Assembly: GCA_032718475.1 (NCBI GenBank)
Contig: JAUCBJ010005476.1
Location: 1-56,552 of the forward strand
Direction: 5' to 3'
From: Nemertoderma westbladi
Lineage: Eukaryota; Animalia; Xenacoelomorpha
DNA length: 56,552 nucleotides
Shown here: piece by piece, positions 38,212 to 51,823 of the stretch
Layout: every line of letters begins with the position of its first letter
How positions within the stretch are numbered: the first letter of the stretch is position 1
Program-made: the position numbers and the translations under genes
Notes under the pieces: generated by a model
What the model saw: the letters and a program-made list of their open reading frames with translations, nothing else
Database searches by the model: none
What the model was told of the DNA's origin: nothing

Positions 38212-39583
38212 TTTGTCCCTCGAACTTCCAGGGCGTGCAGTAGGCGCTGAGAACAAGCTCAATACCCCCATGCGCTCGTCAATGACAGGCATAGGCATAG
38301 TCATGAGGTTGATGCCCGCCCAAGGTCACGTCTAATCCATGAGGTTGATGCCCGCCCAAGGTCACGTCTTATCCATTTTTGATACCTGGAATTTCCCACT
38401 ACCAGTCAGTATAGGCACACAGTTAGGCCAGTTATACACACATGCCAAGTCCCAGCCAGCGCAATCCCCCCACGTGTCAGCTCCTGCATTACACAGCCAC
38501 TTCTCCATACTATTCTTTATATCTCGGACCCCAACATCCTTGTACCTTCAAATGAATTGATCTAAGGGTATCTGCAATTTAATGTAAATATAGTTGTTGT
38601 TAAATCACTAAATAATACTAAATAATCTTATTAAAAAATGTTGTAATTTTAGACATTATTTTGTAATTTATCTGTATCTTTGAGTGGAATTTGAAGGAAT
38701 TAATAATTTGATAATTAATTGATTGATTAATTATGCTGATTTAATTTTAGCTAGTAGAATAATTTTGTAAGTAATAAACTAAATACTAAACGAACATTTG
38801 ATTAATTATTAATTAATTAATTGTCAATTATATAAAATAATTAATATATTAAATGAGGGAGCGAGGTTTTGCCAGTGTTCTGGGGGGCATACGATGCCGC
38901 ATTCAGTATGTTCTGCTGCGGCCGAGTTCCCTGTGCCTTAGAGGAGGTCACAATTCATGGAAAGGGCTTGGTTTTGGGGACGGAGTAGGGGTCCATGGAA
39001 CGGACATTGTGGCTCAATATAGAGCTTTCGAAAATGAATGCGAATTGTATACTATTATTAAGGTAAATTTTAAACATATTATGCATTTGGTACAATTTAT
39101 GTCATTAACAGTTTATTTTTATTTTTTTTTATAAAATATTTATCTTTAATCGATTACTTTAATTAATAATGAACATTTTCACTAACGGACAACTATCTTC
39201 ATAAAACCAGTAGATTTGAAGCATCACTTCCCTTCCTTTATCCCCGAGAAGGTAAACAAGAGAGCCGCAGGGTTCATCAATCCTGTAGGTCGTGTCGCAA
39301 CTGCCGAATTTGTGTAATGCATGGTCCGATGGTATACTTTGTGGTTTAGCCGAGCCTACCACCCCCTGCCTCATCTCGATTATCATCACCACTGGCTGGT
39401 TCGGCAGCATCATTGTCATCATCTGGTGGGTTCTGTCCCCCGGGTGGGTTCTTGCCACCCTTGTCCCTCGAACTTCCAGGGCGTGCAGTAGGCGCTGAGA
39501 ACAAGCTCAATACCCCCATGCGCTCGTCAATGACAGGCATAGGCATAGTCATGAGGTTGATGCCCGCCCAAGGTCACGTCTAA
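38212..39583. repeat. ~125-bp exact direct repeat pair (38212-38336 and 39461-39583)
   Basis: ttgtccctcgaacttccagggcg...caaggtcacgtctaa present twice, with a further 32-bp tandem copy at 38338-38369. Confidence 0.85.
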
Positions 39584-39838
39584 ATGTGCTTAAGCTTGCA
39601 AACAAGAAAAAGTAATTTAGAAGATGATAAATTGACTCATAAACTTTGATGTTTTATTCAAATCAATGAATTGACTGCATAATATATGTAAATTGTTGCG
39701 GGAGTATATATTGGGAGAGCCAAAGGAATTTGAGTGGTATTTTCCAGAGCACTCTAGCAAAACAAAATCTAGCAATCCCAGCTTAACCATTAATCAAATT
39801 TAATTTAATTTAACTATATGCAACTTACTACATTATAG

Positions 39839-42800
39839 TTCCAAATCAGCATGTTTTATTGATATAAAATGTAGATGAACTGTTTAATTCAATGCTATAG
39901 ATATGTACAGGCAGACCAATAAGCTGGGGTGCTGCACCCATGTTGTGACACAATAGGTGGGAAGCTCGCCCTATTGGTGAAGGGAAGTTTCCATCAGTTT
40001 TCCTAAAAACATAAATGCTCATGTCCAAAAGGATGTTGACTTCACTTCACTGGGCGTGTCTGTAGGTTCTACAGTAGGTGCCATAAAATACAGTAGCTAA
40101 TGGAAGAGACACATTGTTTCCTACCATCAACGTCATTGTCAACGTTATTGTCATTATCAACGTGAACGTCAACGTCTCCATCGTCATTGCCCTGCATGGT
40201 TGTTGATGTCGTCATCACCGTCATTGTCGTCATGTCATATTTAACCATAAACTGTAACCCGTGAACTTGTAAAAAGTGTCATTATTATGAAACCACAAAC
40301 TTCACCTATCGTGTCACCCTTCTATTGTGCTCTAGAAAATAATGTGCAGTTTAAATGATTGAAATAACTGATATGTCCAGTCCATGCCATTCGAACTAAA
40401 CTTTATTTACAATCTGTGAGGCGGGAACGACGCATATGGTTCGTGTGTCTTGATCCACTCCTAACTAACAGGAACGAGACAGTGAAGTCAGAAAGGGGAA
40501 GAAAAGTATCATCAAAAAATACCATCACATTCAAAATTTCAAAATCATTGACAAAAATCATTGAATCACGTTCAAAATCATTGACAAATGTCAATAGACA
40601 CTTCTGATAAATGCTGGTATGAGGTATCATTTTGGTATTCATGTCACTGGCACAGTAATAATACCAGCAACGGGGGAATCTGGCGATATATAACACTCCT
40701 TCCCATTTATCATTGTAATCTTAAAATTCGTTCTGAATTTTTCAATCGAAGTAGCAGACTCGATTTGAAATCGATTTGAACTGGGAGGTTCTACAGGCCC
40801 AGCTGCAGCGTTTAAAGCCTTTGAAAACACCTTGGACACTGTATCCACTGGATTAACCACTTTACCACAACATAGCTCCTCCACAACACTTGCACGGTCT
40901 TTACTTGCCCCACATACAGGACATGCTATAAAGTCCTCTTCAATCTCCTCTTTACAACCATTGACACCGCATATAGGCATTGTTTCAATTTAATGGATTT
41001 CAGTTATTGTTGGAAAACACAATGATGAATTTGTAATTATAAACAAAATATAATATACCACACACAACACAAAATGCACATAAACACACAACACAAAATG
41101 CACACAAACACACAATTATAAACACACAATACACAATTATAAACACACAACATACAATTATAATATAAACACACCATACACTCTTGCCCTCTCCCACACT
41201 CGACTTACAACACAAATTTAAGAAAAGCTCAGAAATCGATAACGGACTACATATGAGGTTTGATATCGGAGTATACGAAGTTCAACAGGTTCACTCAGAG
41301 ATGAATACCATACAGAAACTGAATTTTTAATATTTGGCTCTATTAAAGTATAACAGGCAATATGAGGCAGATAGCTACTAGTAATGAGCTCATTGCAAAT
41401 GATAAGACAATCCCTGCCAGATTCAAACAAATAAATATCACTCACAATCATAAATTTTGGAAGTTCCGTCTCGTTATCAAACGAAACTGGCACTGAGATA
41501 ACGCTGCAGTTTGCAATTAAACTATTACCATAATGTGATATTTTTAAATAGCGTTCGAATCTACAATCTCCAACAAAGGATAACTTTGGTACATGATGTA
41601 CACCAATAATTCGTACATATAAAAAGCCAGTTCTGTTGACAGTGAGTGAATGACCTTGATGGCGTTTGGTTAAATATAATGGTATAATTTAAAATTTTTT
41701 TGAATAACCACCCATTTTTTTAGAACATTATGGTGACCTTCAAATCGCGTTGCCCAGTGACTACTTGGTGGTTCAAAATTCTTAATATATCTAACAATGT
41801 GCATCATGCATACATACATAATGCAGCTTTGGGAAAGTCAGTCCATAGGTAAAGAAAAAAAGTGTGCAATGAGTTTCGATTAAATATTCTAAATATATAA
41901 GTTGATTTGTACTTATTGAATATTGTAAACATAGCTCAATAATCTCTTGTACTTATTGAATATTGTAAACATAGCTCAATAATCTCGTATAGTTTGATGA
42001 AGCAATTCCAATATTGTTCAGATCACTAAAAAATTCGCCTAACAAAACAGGGATAATTCTCATCAAAATTAGCATTTGTATAGCAGTTTGTCTCAGCCGA
42101 TTGCAACTTTGACAGTTCTATTCAACAAGGAATGTCTTTTTTTTCGTTTTCAGAAAAATTGTTTGAAAATATCCATCTGTTCAGATCCTCAATTCCTAGA
42201 AATTTCCATTTGCATATCATGCCTTTAAATCTGCAGTAAAATCCCATCTCCAAGACCAGTGCAAATTCTTATATAGCAGTATTTAGTTTAGTTCAATATT
42301 AAATAGGTGCATGTGCAATAATTAGTAATAATGATCAATATTGTATTTCTTGTATCTTATTTAGTTTAAATTATATAATTATTCTATATACAGTAGTTAG
42401 TTTAGTTTGTATTGGCAACCAAGTAACTTGAAGGACCCCCTTGGAAATAAGCAGCAAAGCTTTAGGGGTTATCCTTTATGTTATGTTGGACAATGCTTAC
42501 TATACATTAATAATTTTACTGAGTTAATGTATTGGTTTCTATTGTTTGCATAATATATAAATAAATCTATCTATCTATCTACAGCATAGTGTAAAAGCAA
42601 CTTAATTTCAGCACTTACAACACCTTCCAACATATCATGATGAAAGTCATGAATGACACAACTTGTAATATTAAAGTGTGGGATATCCGATAATATACTT
42701 GGGAAATTTATACCGTATTTTATGGAATTATCTTTTTGCTTATCAATTGGTAACTTGTGATCTGTGACTGCCATAAGTTGCTCAGTATAATCGGCTTCTG

Positions 42801-45800
42801 TTCTGATATTGAGAGAATCAGCCTCAAAATTTCGCCTTTTTTTTACCTTACAGTTTCTACAAAAGCAATCTGCTGAAGCGCTTGCTTTGAAGCCGCTTAC
42901 TAGAGCTGCAACAGGATTATCTGCTATTAAACAGATTAACGCCCCATAGTACATTTTAGAATCAATAAATATTCCCTGAGATAAAACTTGCATCGCATGT
43001 TTTTTGAAATCGGATAAAATCTCAAAAATATAATTGCGAATATCTGAGGTGTAGCAAAGCGCCGTATGAAAATACACTGAAGTTTTGCTCTATATTTCAG
43101 CCTTATATTTGAAATGGTCCAATAAAATGCGCTGGAACTCAATAAAATAACTGTCATTCTGAGTTAGTGATAATTGAAAAACTGGGTGATTTTTACAAAA
43201 TTCACCATCAGATATATATTGAATCAGATCAGTGTTAGGCTTTGCTGTGTAATTCTTATGAATTTGAAGTTCGTTTGTAACCTCTAAATTTTTTAATAAT
43301 TCAGTGAGTTGTATTAACAATGGCACATAGGAGAATCGTGATATATTTGGAAAGCTTAGTGACACAGGGTCAACCAAACCGTGTGCAGTTTAAATGATTG
43401 AAATAACTGATATGTCCAGTCCATGCCAATCGAACTAAACTTTATTTACAATCTGTGAGGCGGGAACGACGCATATGGTTCGTGTGTCTTGATCCACTCC
43501 TAACTAACAGGAACGAGACAGTGAAGTCAGAAAGGGGAAGAAAAGTATCATCAAAAAATACCATCACATTCAAAATTTCAAAATCATTGACAAAAATCAT
43601 TGAATCACGTTCAAAATCATTGACAAATGTCAATAGACACTTCTGATAAATGCTGGTATGAGGTATCATTTTGGTATTCATGTCACTGGCACAGTAATAA
43701 TACCAGCAACGGGGGAATCTGGCGATATATAACACTCCTTCCCATTTATCATTGTAATCTTAAAATTTGTTCTGAATTTTTCAATCGAAGTAGCAGACTC
43801 GATTTGAAATCGATTTGAACTGGGAGGTTCTACAGGCCCAGCTGCAGCGTTTAAAGCCTTTGAAAACACCTTGGACACTGTATCCACTGGATTAACCACT
43901 TTACCACAACATAGCTCCTCCACAACACTTGCACGGTCTTTACTTGCCCCACATACAGGACATGCTATAAAGTCCTCTTCAATCTCCTCTTTACAACCAT
44001 TGACACCGCATATAGGCATTGTTTCAATTTAATGGATTTCAGTTATTGTTGGAAAACACAATGATGAATTTGTAATTATAAACAAAATATAATATACCAC
44101 ACACAACACAAAATGCACATAAACACACAACACAAAATGCACACAAACACACAATTATAAACACACAACACACAATTATAAACACACAACATACAATTAT
44201 AATATAAACACACCACACACTCTTGCCCTCTCCCACACTCGACTTACAACACAAATTTAAGAAAAGCTCCGAAATCGATAACGGACTACATATGAGGTTT
44301 GATATCGGAGTATACGAAGTTCAACAGGTTCACTCAGAGATGAATACCATACAGAAACTGAATTTTTAATATTTGGCTCTATTAAAGTATAACAGGCAAT
44401 ATGAGGCAGATAGCTACTAGTAATGAGCTCATTGCAAATGATAAGACAATCCCTGCCAGATTCAAACAAATAAATATCACTCACAATCATAAATTTTGGA
44501 AGTTCCGTCTCGTTATCAAACGAAACTGGCACTGAGATAACGCTGCAGTTTGCAATTAAACTATTACCATAATGTGATATTTTTAAATAGCGTTCAAATC
44601 TACAATCTCCAACAAAGGATAACTTTGGTACATGATGTACACCAATAATTCGTACATATAAAAAGCCAGTTCTGTTGACAGTGAGTGAATGACCTTGATG
44701 GCGTTTGGTTAAATATAATGGTATAATTTAAAATTTTTTTGAATAACCACCCATTTTTTTAGAACATTATCTTATGTTACTAACTAAACCTTATCTATAA
44801 TAATCTTATTAATCTTATTAATCTTAATACCTTATCTATATTACTTCAAATCGCGTTGCCCAGTGACAACTTGGTGGTTCAAAATTCTTAATATATCTAA
44901 CAATGTGCATCATGCATACATACATAATGCAGCTTTGGGAAAGTCAGTCCATAGGTTAAGAAAAAAAGTGTGCAATGAGTTTCGATTAAATATTCTAAAT
45001 ATATAAGTTGATTTGTACTTATTGAATATTGTAAACATAGCTCAATAATCTCTTGTACTTATTGAATATTGTAAACATAGCTCAATAATCTCGTATAGTT
45101 TGATGAAGCAATTCCAATATTGTTCAGATCACTAAAAAATTCGCCTAACAAAACAGGGATAATTCTCATCAAAATTAGCATTTGTATAGCAGTTTGTCTC
45201 AGGGAATATGTCTCAGCCGATTGCAACTTTGTCAGTTCTATTCAACAAGGAATGTCTTTTTTTTCGTTTTCAGAACAATTGTTTGAAAATATCCTCAATT
45301 CCTAGAAATTTCCATTTGCATACAGCATAGTGTAAAAGCAACTTAATTTCAGCACTTACAACACCTTCCAACATATCATGATGAAAGTCATGAATGACAC
45401 AACTTGTAATATTAAAGTGTGGGATATCCGATAATATACTTGCAAATTTATACCGTATTTTATGGAATTTTCTTTTTGCTTATCAATTGGTAACTTGGGA
45501 TCTGTGACTGCCATAAGTTGCTCAGTATAATCGGCTTCTGTTCTGATATTGAGAGAATCAGCCTCAAAATTTCGCCTTTTTTTTACCTTACAGTTTCTAC
45601 AAAAGCAATCTGCTGAAGCTCTTTCTTTGAAGCCGCTTACTAGAGCTGCAACAGGATTATCTGCTATTAAGCAGATTAACGCCCCATAGTACATTTTAGA
45701 ATCAATAAATATTCCCTGAGATAAAACTTGCATTCCTTTTTTTTTGAAATCGGATAAAATCTCAAAAATATAATCGCGAATATCTGAGATGTAGCAAAGC

Positions 45801-46260
45801 GCCGTATGAAAATACACTGAAGTTTTGCTCTATATTTCGGCCTTATATTTGAAATGGTCCCATAAAATGCGCTGGAACTCAATAAAATAACTGTCATTCT
45901 GAGTTAGTGATAATTGAAAAACTGGGTGATTTTTACAAAATTTACCATCAGATATATATTGAATCAGATCAGTGTTAGGCTTTGCTGTGTAATTCTTATG
46001 AATTTGAAGTTCGTTTGTAACCTCTAAATTTTTTAATAATTCAGTGAGTTGTATTAACAATGGCACATAGGAGAATCGTAATATATTTGGAAAGCTTAGT
46101 GACACAGGGTCAACCAAACCGCAATGCTGTACAAAAAACTTATGCCGCTGAGATGTTGATGACTGATTGAGAAAAAATGATTCAGCATGCTCATAGCCAC
46201 GTTGTGCTAGTAAATCTTTATAACCATCTTGGTAAAATGAATATCTTTAAAAATATTTTA
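39839..46260 (-). mobile_element. EnSpm/CACTA-like transposon relic, with ~2.7-3 kb tandem duplication (40343-43381; 43382-46121)
   Basis: FYWTISNI..YRAKL..I, LIADNP..A..GF..S....CRNC and HDFHHDMLEGV motifs. A downstream zinc-ribbon ORF MPICG..C...CPVCG (40639-40980, 43678-44019). The ORF track repeats at offset 3039. Confidence 0.75.
42217..42581 (+). mobile_element. 3' stub of the Crack-like LINE family, present only in duplication copy 1
   Basis: Matches 12640-13048 (FKSAVKSHL, gaccccc-ttggaaataagc hairpin, (CTAT)n). The empty site ttgcatacagcatag is at 45316-45330. Confidence 0.9.
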
Positions 46261-46400
46261 ATTATTCTCTGTAACTCAATTCCGAAACATGAACTTTTGT
46301 TTTTCCAAGTATTAATAAATTTTATTTTAATTTATTAATAAAAATGCAGACACCATATAATTAATTTCTGTTCAATCTGCACATTGCTTTAACCTATTTT

Positions 46401-46860
46401 TGTATACTATAACTATATTTTATTATATCATATTATAAAGGAGTGTCAGTATTAATTTATTACTTACAACCAGGGTTCCTCTCTAAAATCTCCCGGGGTC
46501 TCCCTTTGGGGGTGTCAGTTTTCCTGTGGAAAGGGATGTGTGTAGTAGTGGTGCTCCTCGGCCGCCGCTATCTCTGCTTCGAGATATTCTTTATACAGGA
46601 GCTGGTCATACCAGTGGGGTGAGGTCCGGAGGCCTTGCACCCTCACCTCCTCCAATGCTCGAATATCGAGCTCCCGCACAAAGAGCTCTTCCTCCCACCC
46701 CATTTCCTCATCATGGTCCTTCACATACTGGATGTAGGGAGTGACCGCTTCCGGTCTACACTTTATAGTCTGGGTTCCAACAGTTGTGGTTGTAATGCTG
46801 GTGATGGATGCGGCTGACTGGCTGTCGGTGATGGACGCGGCTGTCTGGGTGTTGGTGAAA
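46401..46860 (-). mobile_element. Possible Gypsy-like 3' remnant with purine tract and very short LTR
   Basis: On the minus strand the ORF end is followed by GGGAGATTTTAGAGAGGAACCCTGGT, then a 68-bp TGTA...TACA segment containing AATAAA. Confidence 0.35.
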
Positions 46861-48620
46861 CTACTATTACTACTACTAAGTCGAGCGAACTCGGACAGTG
46901 GAAATGAGATCCTTCCAGGCTTCCTGATTCTCCATAGTTGTCGCAATTTCGTTTCTCCCAAGTTCAGTATCGCTTTCAAGTTGATCTATATATGTTATGG
47001 CCAGTCATCCACGACTATGTTTTCCATGAGTTGGTTGCCAGAAAAGTAGATCTGGTATGACCTCATCTTTACTTCACCAGCAGTGCCCACTGAATCTTAA
47101 TCTGCATTCACGGAGGGTGGTTGATACAGGTGGTATTATACCATAAAGCTCAGCATTTGTCATGTGTTGTCTCCAGCTGATGTTTAGGGCTGCCCTTAGT
47201 AGTCTTGTGTAGCAACCATCAATTCGTTGTTCAAGTGATTTAGTCAGTGTCCAGGTCTCACCCCCGTATAAAAATACACTTTCCACTGTGGCTCGGAAGA
47301 ACTTAGTCTTCAGGTGCCTGGGGAGATCTGATTTCCAGATGGTATCCATTTTTTATAGAGCTACCCAAGCCTTTGCTTTCCTAACTTCTATGTCCTTTTT
47401 GCTACTCTCTATCCATGATCCTAGGTACTGGAAGTCGTCAACCTTCCTTAGTTGATTATTATCAATGGTTGTCAAGTTTCCATCAACATTAAAAGTCATG
47501 AATTTGGTCTTGGTAGCATTTATATGCAATCCAACCTCCTTAGCAGCCCTCTCCACTTTATTCAGTAGAAGGTGTGCATCTGCTAGTGTATTAGAGAGCA
47601 GGGTGATGTCATCCGCAAAGTTGGTGTCTGTGACTGTAGTTGCCGGATATCTACTACTTCTGTCTTCTTGAAGTTTGAATCCCAGATCTTCACCCTTTGT
47701 GGCCATCCTCATTGTGTAATCCAGTACAATTACAAACAGTAATGGTGCTAATGTGTCACCTTGCAGTACGCCAGTCAGGATTGAGAAAAACTCAGTTTCA
47801 CCATCTGGTGAGAGTACCTGTGCTTTTGTGTCACAATATAACAATCGAATGCCAGCAACAATTACTTCTGGTATTCCATAGGCTCTTAGGATTTCAAGCA
47901 TTTTACCTCTATGGATGGAGTCGAATGCCTTCTTGAAGTCCACAAAAGTCATGACTGCGGGGAGATTCTTTGACTTAATTCCTTCAATCAGTCTCCGTAG
48001 TGCAAGTATCTGAGATATTGTTGATCTACTTGGCTGTTTTGGCTCTTACGCAGTAGTATCTCTATGTGAGGCCTAATCCTATATAGAATCATTTTATTTA
48101 TTTATTTATTGTATATTTTGGCAGCTACCACAAGCAGAGAGATCCCACAATAGTTTTTGGTATACCGAGGTCTCCTTTCTTGGGGAGAGGCTTTAGTTTA
48201 CCTTTATTCCAAATTGGTGGAGGTTTTTCCCCTTTTAACATCCGGTTGCAAACATTCAATAATGGTCTGTTTAGCACACCTGTTATTTGACTTGTATTTG
48301 ATTTAACTGGTATTTCATCTAATCCACTTGCTTTATTATTGGACATGCTTTTAATGCTTCTTTGGAGTTCGGCAGGTGTGAAGTTCCCTGTCTCTATAGG
48401 TAGTGTCTTGTCAAATATTTTCCTTGTAGCGCTGACCTCGATGTTTGGTGGCTGCCCAAGCAAGTTGCTGAAGTGATTTTTCCATTTCCCCACACATTCT
48501 TCCGGCCTATCGGCTTTGAGGCGCCCCTTTGCACAACTTTTCATTGTTGCTGTATGTGAGCAGTTGTAATTGCTTCAATTTTATCCTGTATGTACTTTTC
48601 CTGGCTGATGTTGTAGGCCA
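46861..48620 (-). mobile_element. RTE-clade LINE, 5'-truncated and degraded
   Basis: PLPKKGDL, FVDFKKAFDS, GVLQGDTLAP, FADD, YLGS, FSGHC and a (TAG)n tail at ~46861-46878. Confidence 0.92.
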
Positions 48621-49087
48621 ATTTAAGATCAGATGATGGACGTGACTAACTGGGTGGTTATATAACTGGTTATATAAAAAACCCACTAACTCTCATCATG
48701 TCGCCGACTCCAGTCGACACCGTCGTTGCTGTTGACATTCCTGTTTGCAATTATCCTCTGCAAAAACGCGCCTGTTGCTTATTCTGTGTATAGCGGACTT
48801 CATTTCCGTTTCAACACCGTTCAGCTCCACATTTTTTAGTAGCTCATTGAATTCTTCTGATGTCGATGCTGGTTTAATATTAAGTTCACCATCTTCTGAA
48901 ACCATACTTTGAACACCTGTTCTACTACTGGGTATTGACTTTCCTTTCTTCTAGAGACCCATTTGTGTATTTATACTTTGAAGACTGTGCCAAAAATTCA
49001 CATTTAATTGGACATTAACTTCTAATAATTCCTGGTCGCTAAGCTCACTTAGCGCTATAAAACTTACCTTGAAAATTGTTATTTTAA

Positions 49088-51823
49088 CCCTGTATGTCCC
49101 ACTGAGACCTACAGGTAACAACTTCTATTCTTCACTACTACAGCCGCGTTTCAGCATTGTGTGGTTTCTTGATTGGTTGGATGGGTTCATTTGTTATCCA
49201 AGTTACCCAATCAGCGTCATATTGGGTCAGAGGCAATCTCAAACTGAGTATTTTAAATCATTTGTGTCTCGTGGTCAGAGTTATTCCATGTAGTGTTCAA
49301 GTGCTGATTGTGCAATCCAAAAAAGCAAATCGAGTGCAATTATTGGATTCAGAAAAATTATTTTGGTGAAGATTCATCATTATTTTACTTAATTATACCA
49401 AAATTGATGCAAGGTATAGTACTATGAAGAATTCACAGCCAAAATTTCAGTCGTTACTTTTAGGGTAACGGTGGGCCACTCTGACATCACTTTTTGCGCT
49501 AAATGTGAACTGGTCAATAAATTGATATACAATAGTCTCTTATGATTCCACGTTGTTTTGTACACCTAGGTAAAGAATAAGTTAGCTGACTAAACTACTA
49601 AATATATTATTATAAACAGATATTAATAAATAGTCGGAATATTCAATAAATAGATAGAAATGTTCGTATTCTCTGTACAGCTGTGCGTAAGTTACACTGT
49701 AGAAACGTATTTGATGATATGGATACTGGAAAATTTTATGGAACACGTTATAAAAACTCTCATGTTGAGGTGGCCATACCGTCAGATGATAGCGACGATC
49801 AACTGATGACTGATTCTGGCAGCGAGGATGATGCATATGGTGATACAAACTGGAGTGATGAAGGTGATGACTCTGACGAATCAGACGAACGCGATGATGA
49901 TGTCATTATAGAGTTCGAGGAAATAGAGGATGTACTAGCAGATCCAACGATCAATATCGATGATGAGAACATACAGCCAAATCAGATAGAGGTAGATGCG
50001 CCAGGGGAGACAGTACATCATACAGAGGACGAACAGAGTAGTGGTGGCGATGTGCAGGTCGAACCAAAGACAAACAAGAAATCTAAGAAGAATGTAGTCA
50101 ACCGGAAGTATTATAGGACAAAGACGATTTCTGCAGAGCCGAAATGGCTGGGTAGTTTACCTGATGTAGATGATGTTCTAGAACCAATCGGATATTTCAA
50201 GAAGCTTCTCAGAGATGATGTGTTGAAGGAAATAGTTTTCCAGACTAATTTGTACTGTGCAGAAAAACGCCTTGATAAACAAATAAATATAACACGAAAC
50301 GAAATTGAACAGTTCATAGGAATTTGCTACTATATGTCTGTGTACAGTCTTCCTAGATGCAGATCATATTTCAGGCCGGTACAAGAGTTGATAACGTTGT
50401 CAACACAATGATGCGCAATCGCTGGGAGAGTATAAAAAGATATCTACACTTGAATGACAATAGTAAGCAAATCGCTAAGGGGTCTCCTGGGCACGATAAA
50501 ATTTTCAAAATCCGGCCACTGGTTACTGCTCTCCAGACCAGTCTAAGAGACATTCCAAAGGATGAAGAGCTTTGTGTGGATGAACAGATGGTGCCATTCA
50601 AGGGGAAAAATAAAAGCGGAATAAAGCAATATATGCCCAAGAAACCAAAGAAGTGGGGCTATAAGCTGTTTGTTCTTTGTGATAGCCATGCTATGGCTTA
50701 CGATTTCGATATTTACACGGGAAAGATCGAACCGATTGCTGGACGGCCTGACATTGGGGCAAGTAGTAATAAATTCAACTAGTGGTTTGATAACCGTTGT
50801 GTTACTCTCTTATCGACATTCTCTTGCGCAAATCCGACGTCTCTTGTAAAACGGTGGTCTAAACTAACTAAATCATTCATTGAAGTAGATCGCCCACGTA
50901 TTGTTGGCACGTACAATAGCTTCATGGGTGGGGTTGATACACTGGATTCTTTGTTGAGTTTGTATAGGATACGAATACGGTCTAGGAAATGGTACCTTTG
51001 ATTGGTCTTCCATTTCCTCGATTTTGTCTCTGTCATTGCTTGGCTCTTGTACCGACGTGACTTGCGTAGCTGTAATCCAGCACAAAAACCAATAATTCCA
51101 CTCCTTCTATTCAAGACGACATTGGCCGAGACCCTGTGTGCACGTGGAAAGTCTGTCTGCAACAAGCGACGAGGGCGACCAAGTCTAGAAATTGAAAACG
51201 GTATTCTTCAGAAGAAAGCGCGATCAATAACCGTTGGTCTGTTGCCTTCCATGGCAGTTCGACAAGATCAGGTTGGCCACTGACCTGTGTTCGCTGAGAA
51301 AAGGGGACGGTGCAAGAATCCAGACTGTGTTGGGGTTCCTAAGATTATGTGTGAGAAGTGTAGTGCGATGTCTGGAGGAAAGCTATATTTGTGTCTTGGA
51401 CCGGACCGTAACTGTTTCAAATGCTTCCATTGTGATTGATAGCGAATTGGGTATCTATCAATTTTGGTAATTGCTATCGCATTGATGTTGAATTGATGTT
51501 TGGTTTTCGATATTACATACAGTACAGGGATACAATTTTAGTTGAAAATCTATAATTTTGTATATAATGTAGAGTGTGGAGCAGAATAATACAGCTTGTA
51601 CATTTCTGCATATTTTACACATGAACACAAAATGAAAAAAGTTGACGCGTAATATGTTTCCAACTTTTTCACAAAATTTTTTTCAAACTCCTAAATTTCA
51701 TTTCTTAATGGCCCACCGTGACCTCCAGGTCACGTGATTCGAAAATCTTCATAAATTAAATATTTTGAAATTTTTTGATGAAAATCATCTCATTAGGTGC
51801 ATCATAATTCGGGCTATAGAGGG
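49088..51823 (+). mobile_element. Defective piggyBac (PGBD3-like transposase pseudogene 49683-51437)
   Basis: TTAA on both sides, imperfect TIRs ccctgtatgtccc / gggctatagaggg. Motifs CVDEQMVPFKG, YMPKKPKKWGYK and YNSFMGGVD. The segment with the middle catalytic Asp is deleted near 50770, and there are frameshifts and stops. Confidence 0.88.

Noticed and set aside
38339-39552. GC-rich minus-strand patches, possibly MULE transposase exons (CDTTY)
   Set aside because: One weak motif only; could not assemble a consistent frame.
41000-41215. Cys/Val-rich hydrophobic ORF (also 44039-44254)
   Set aside because: Low-complexity CA-rich repeat translation.
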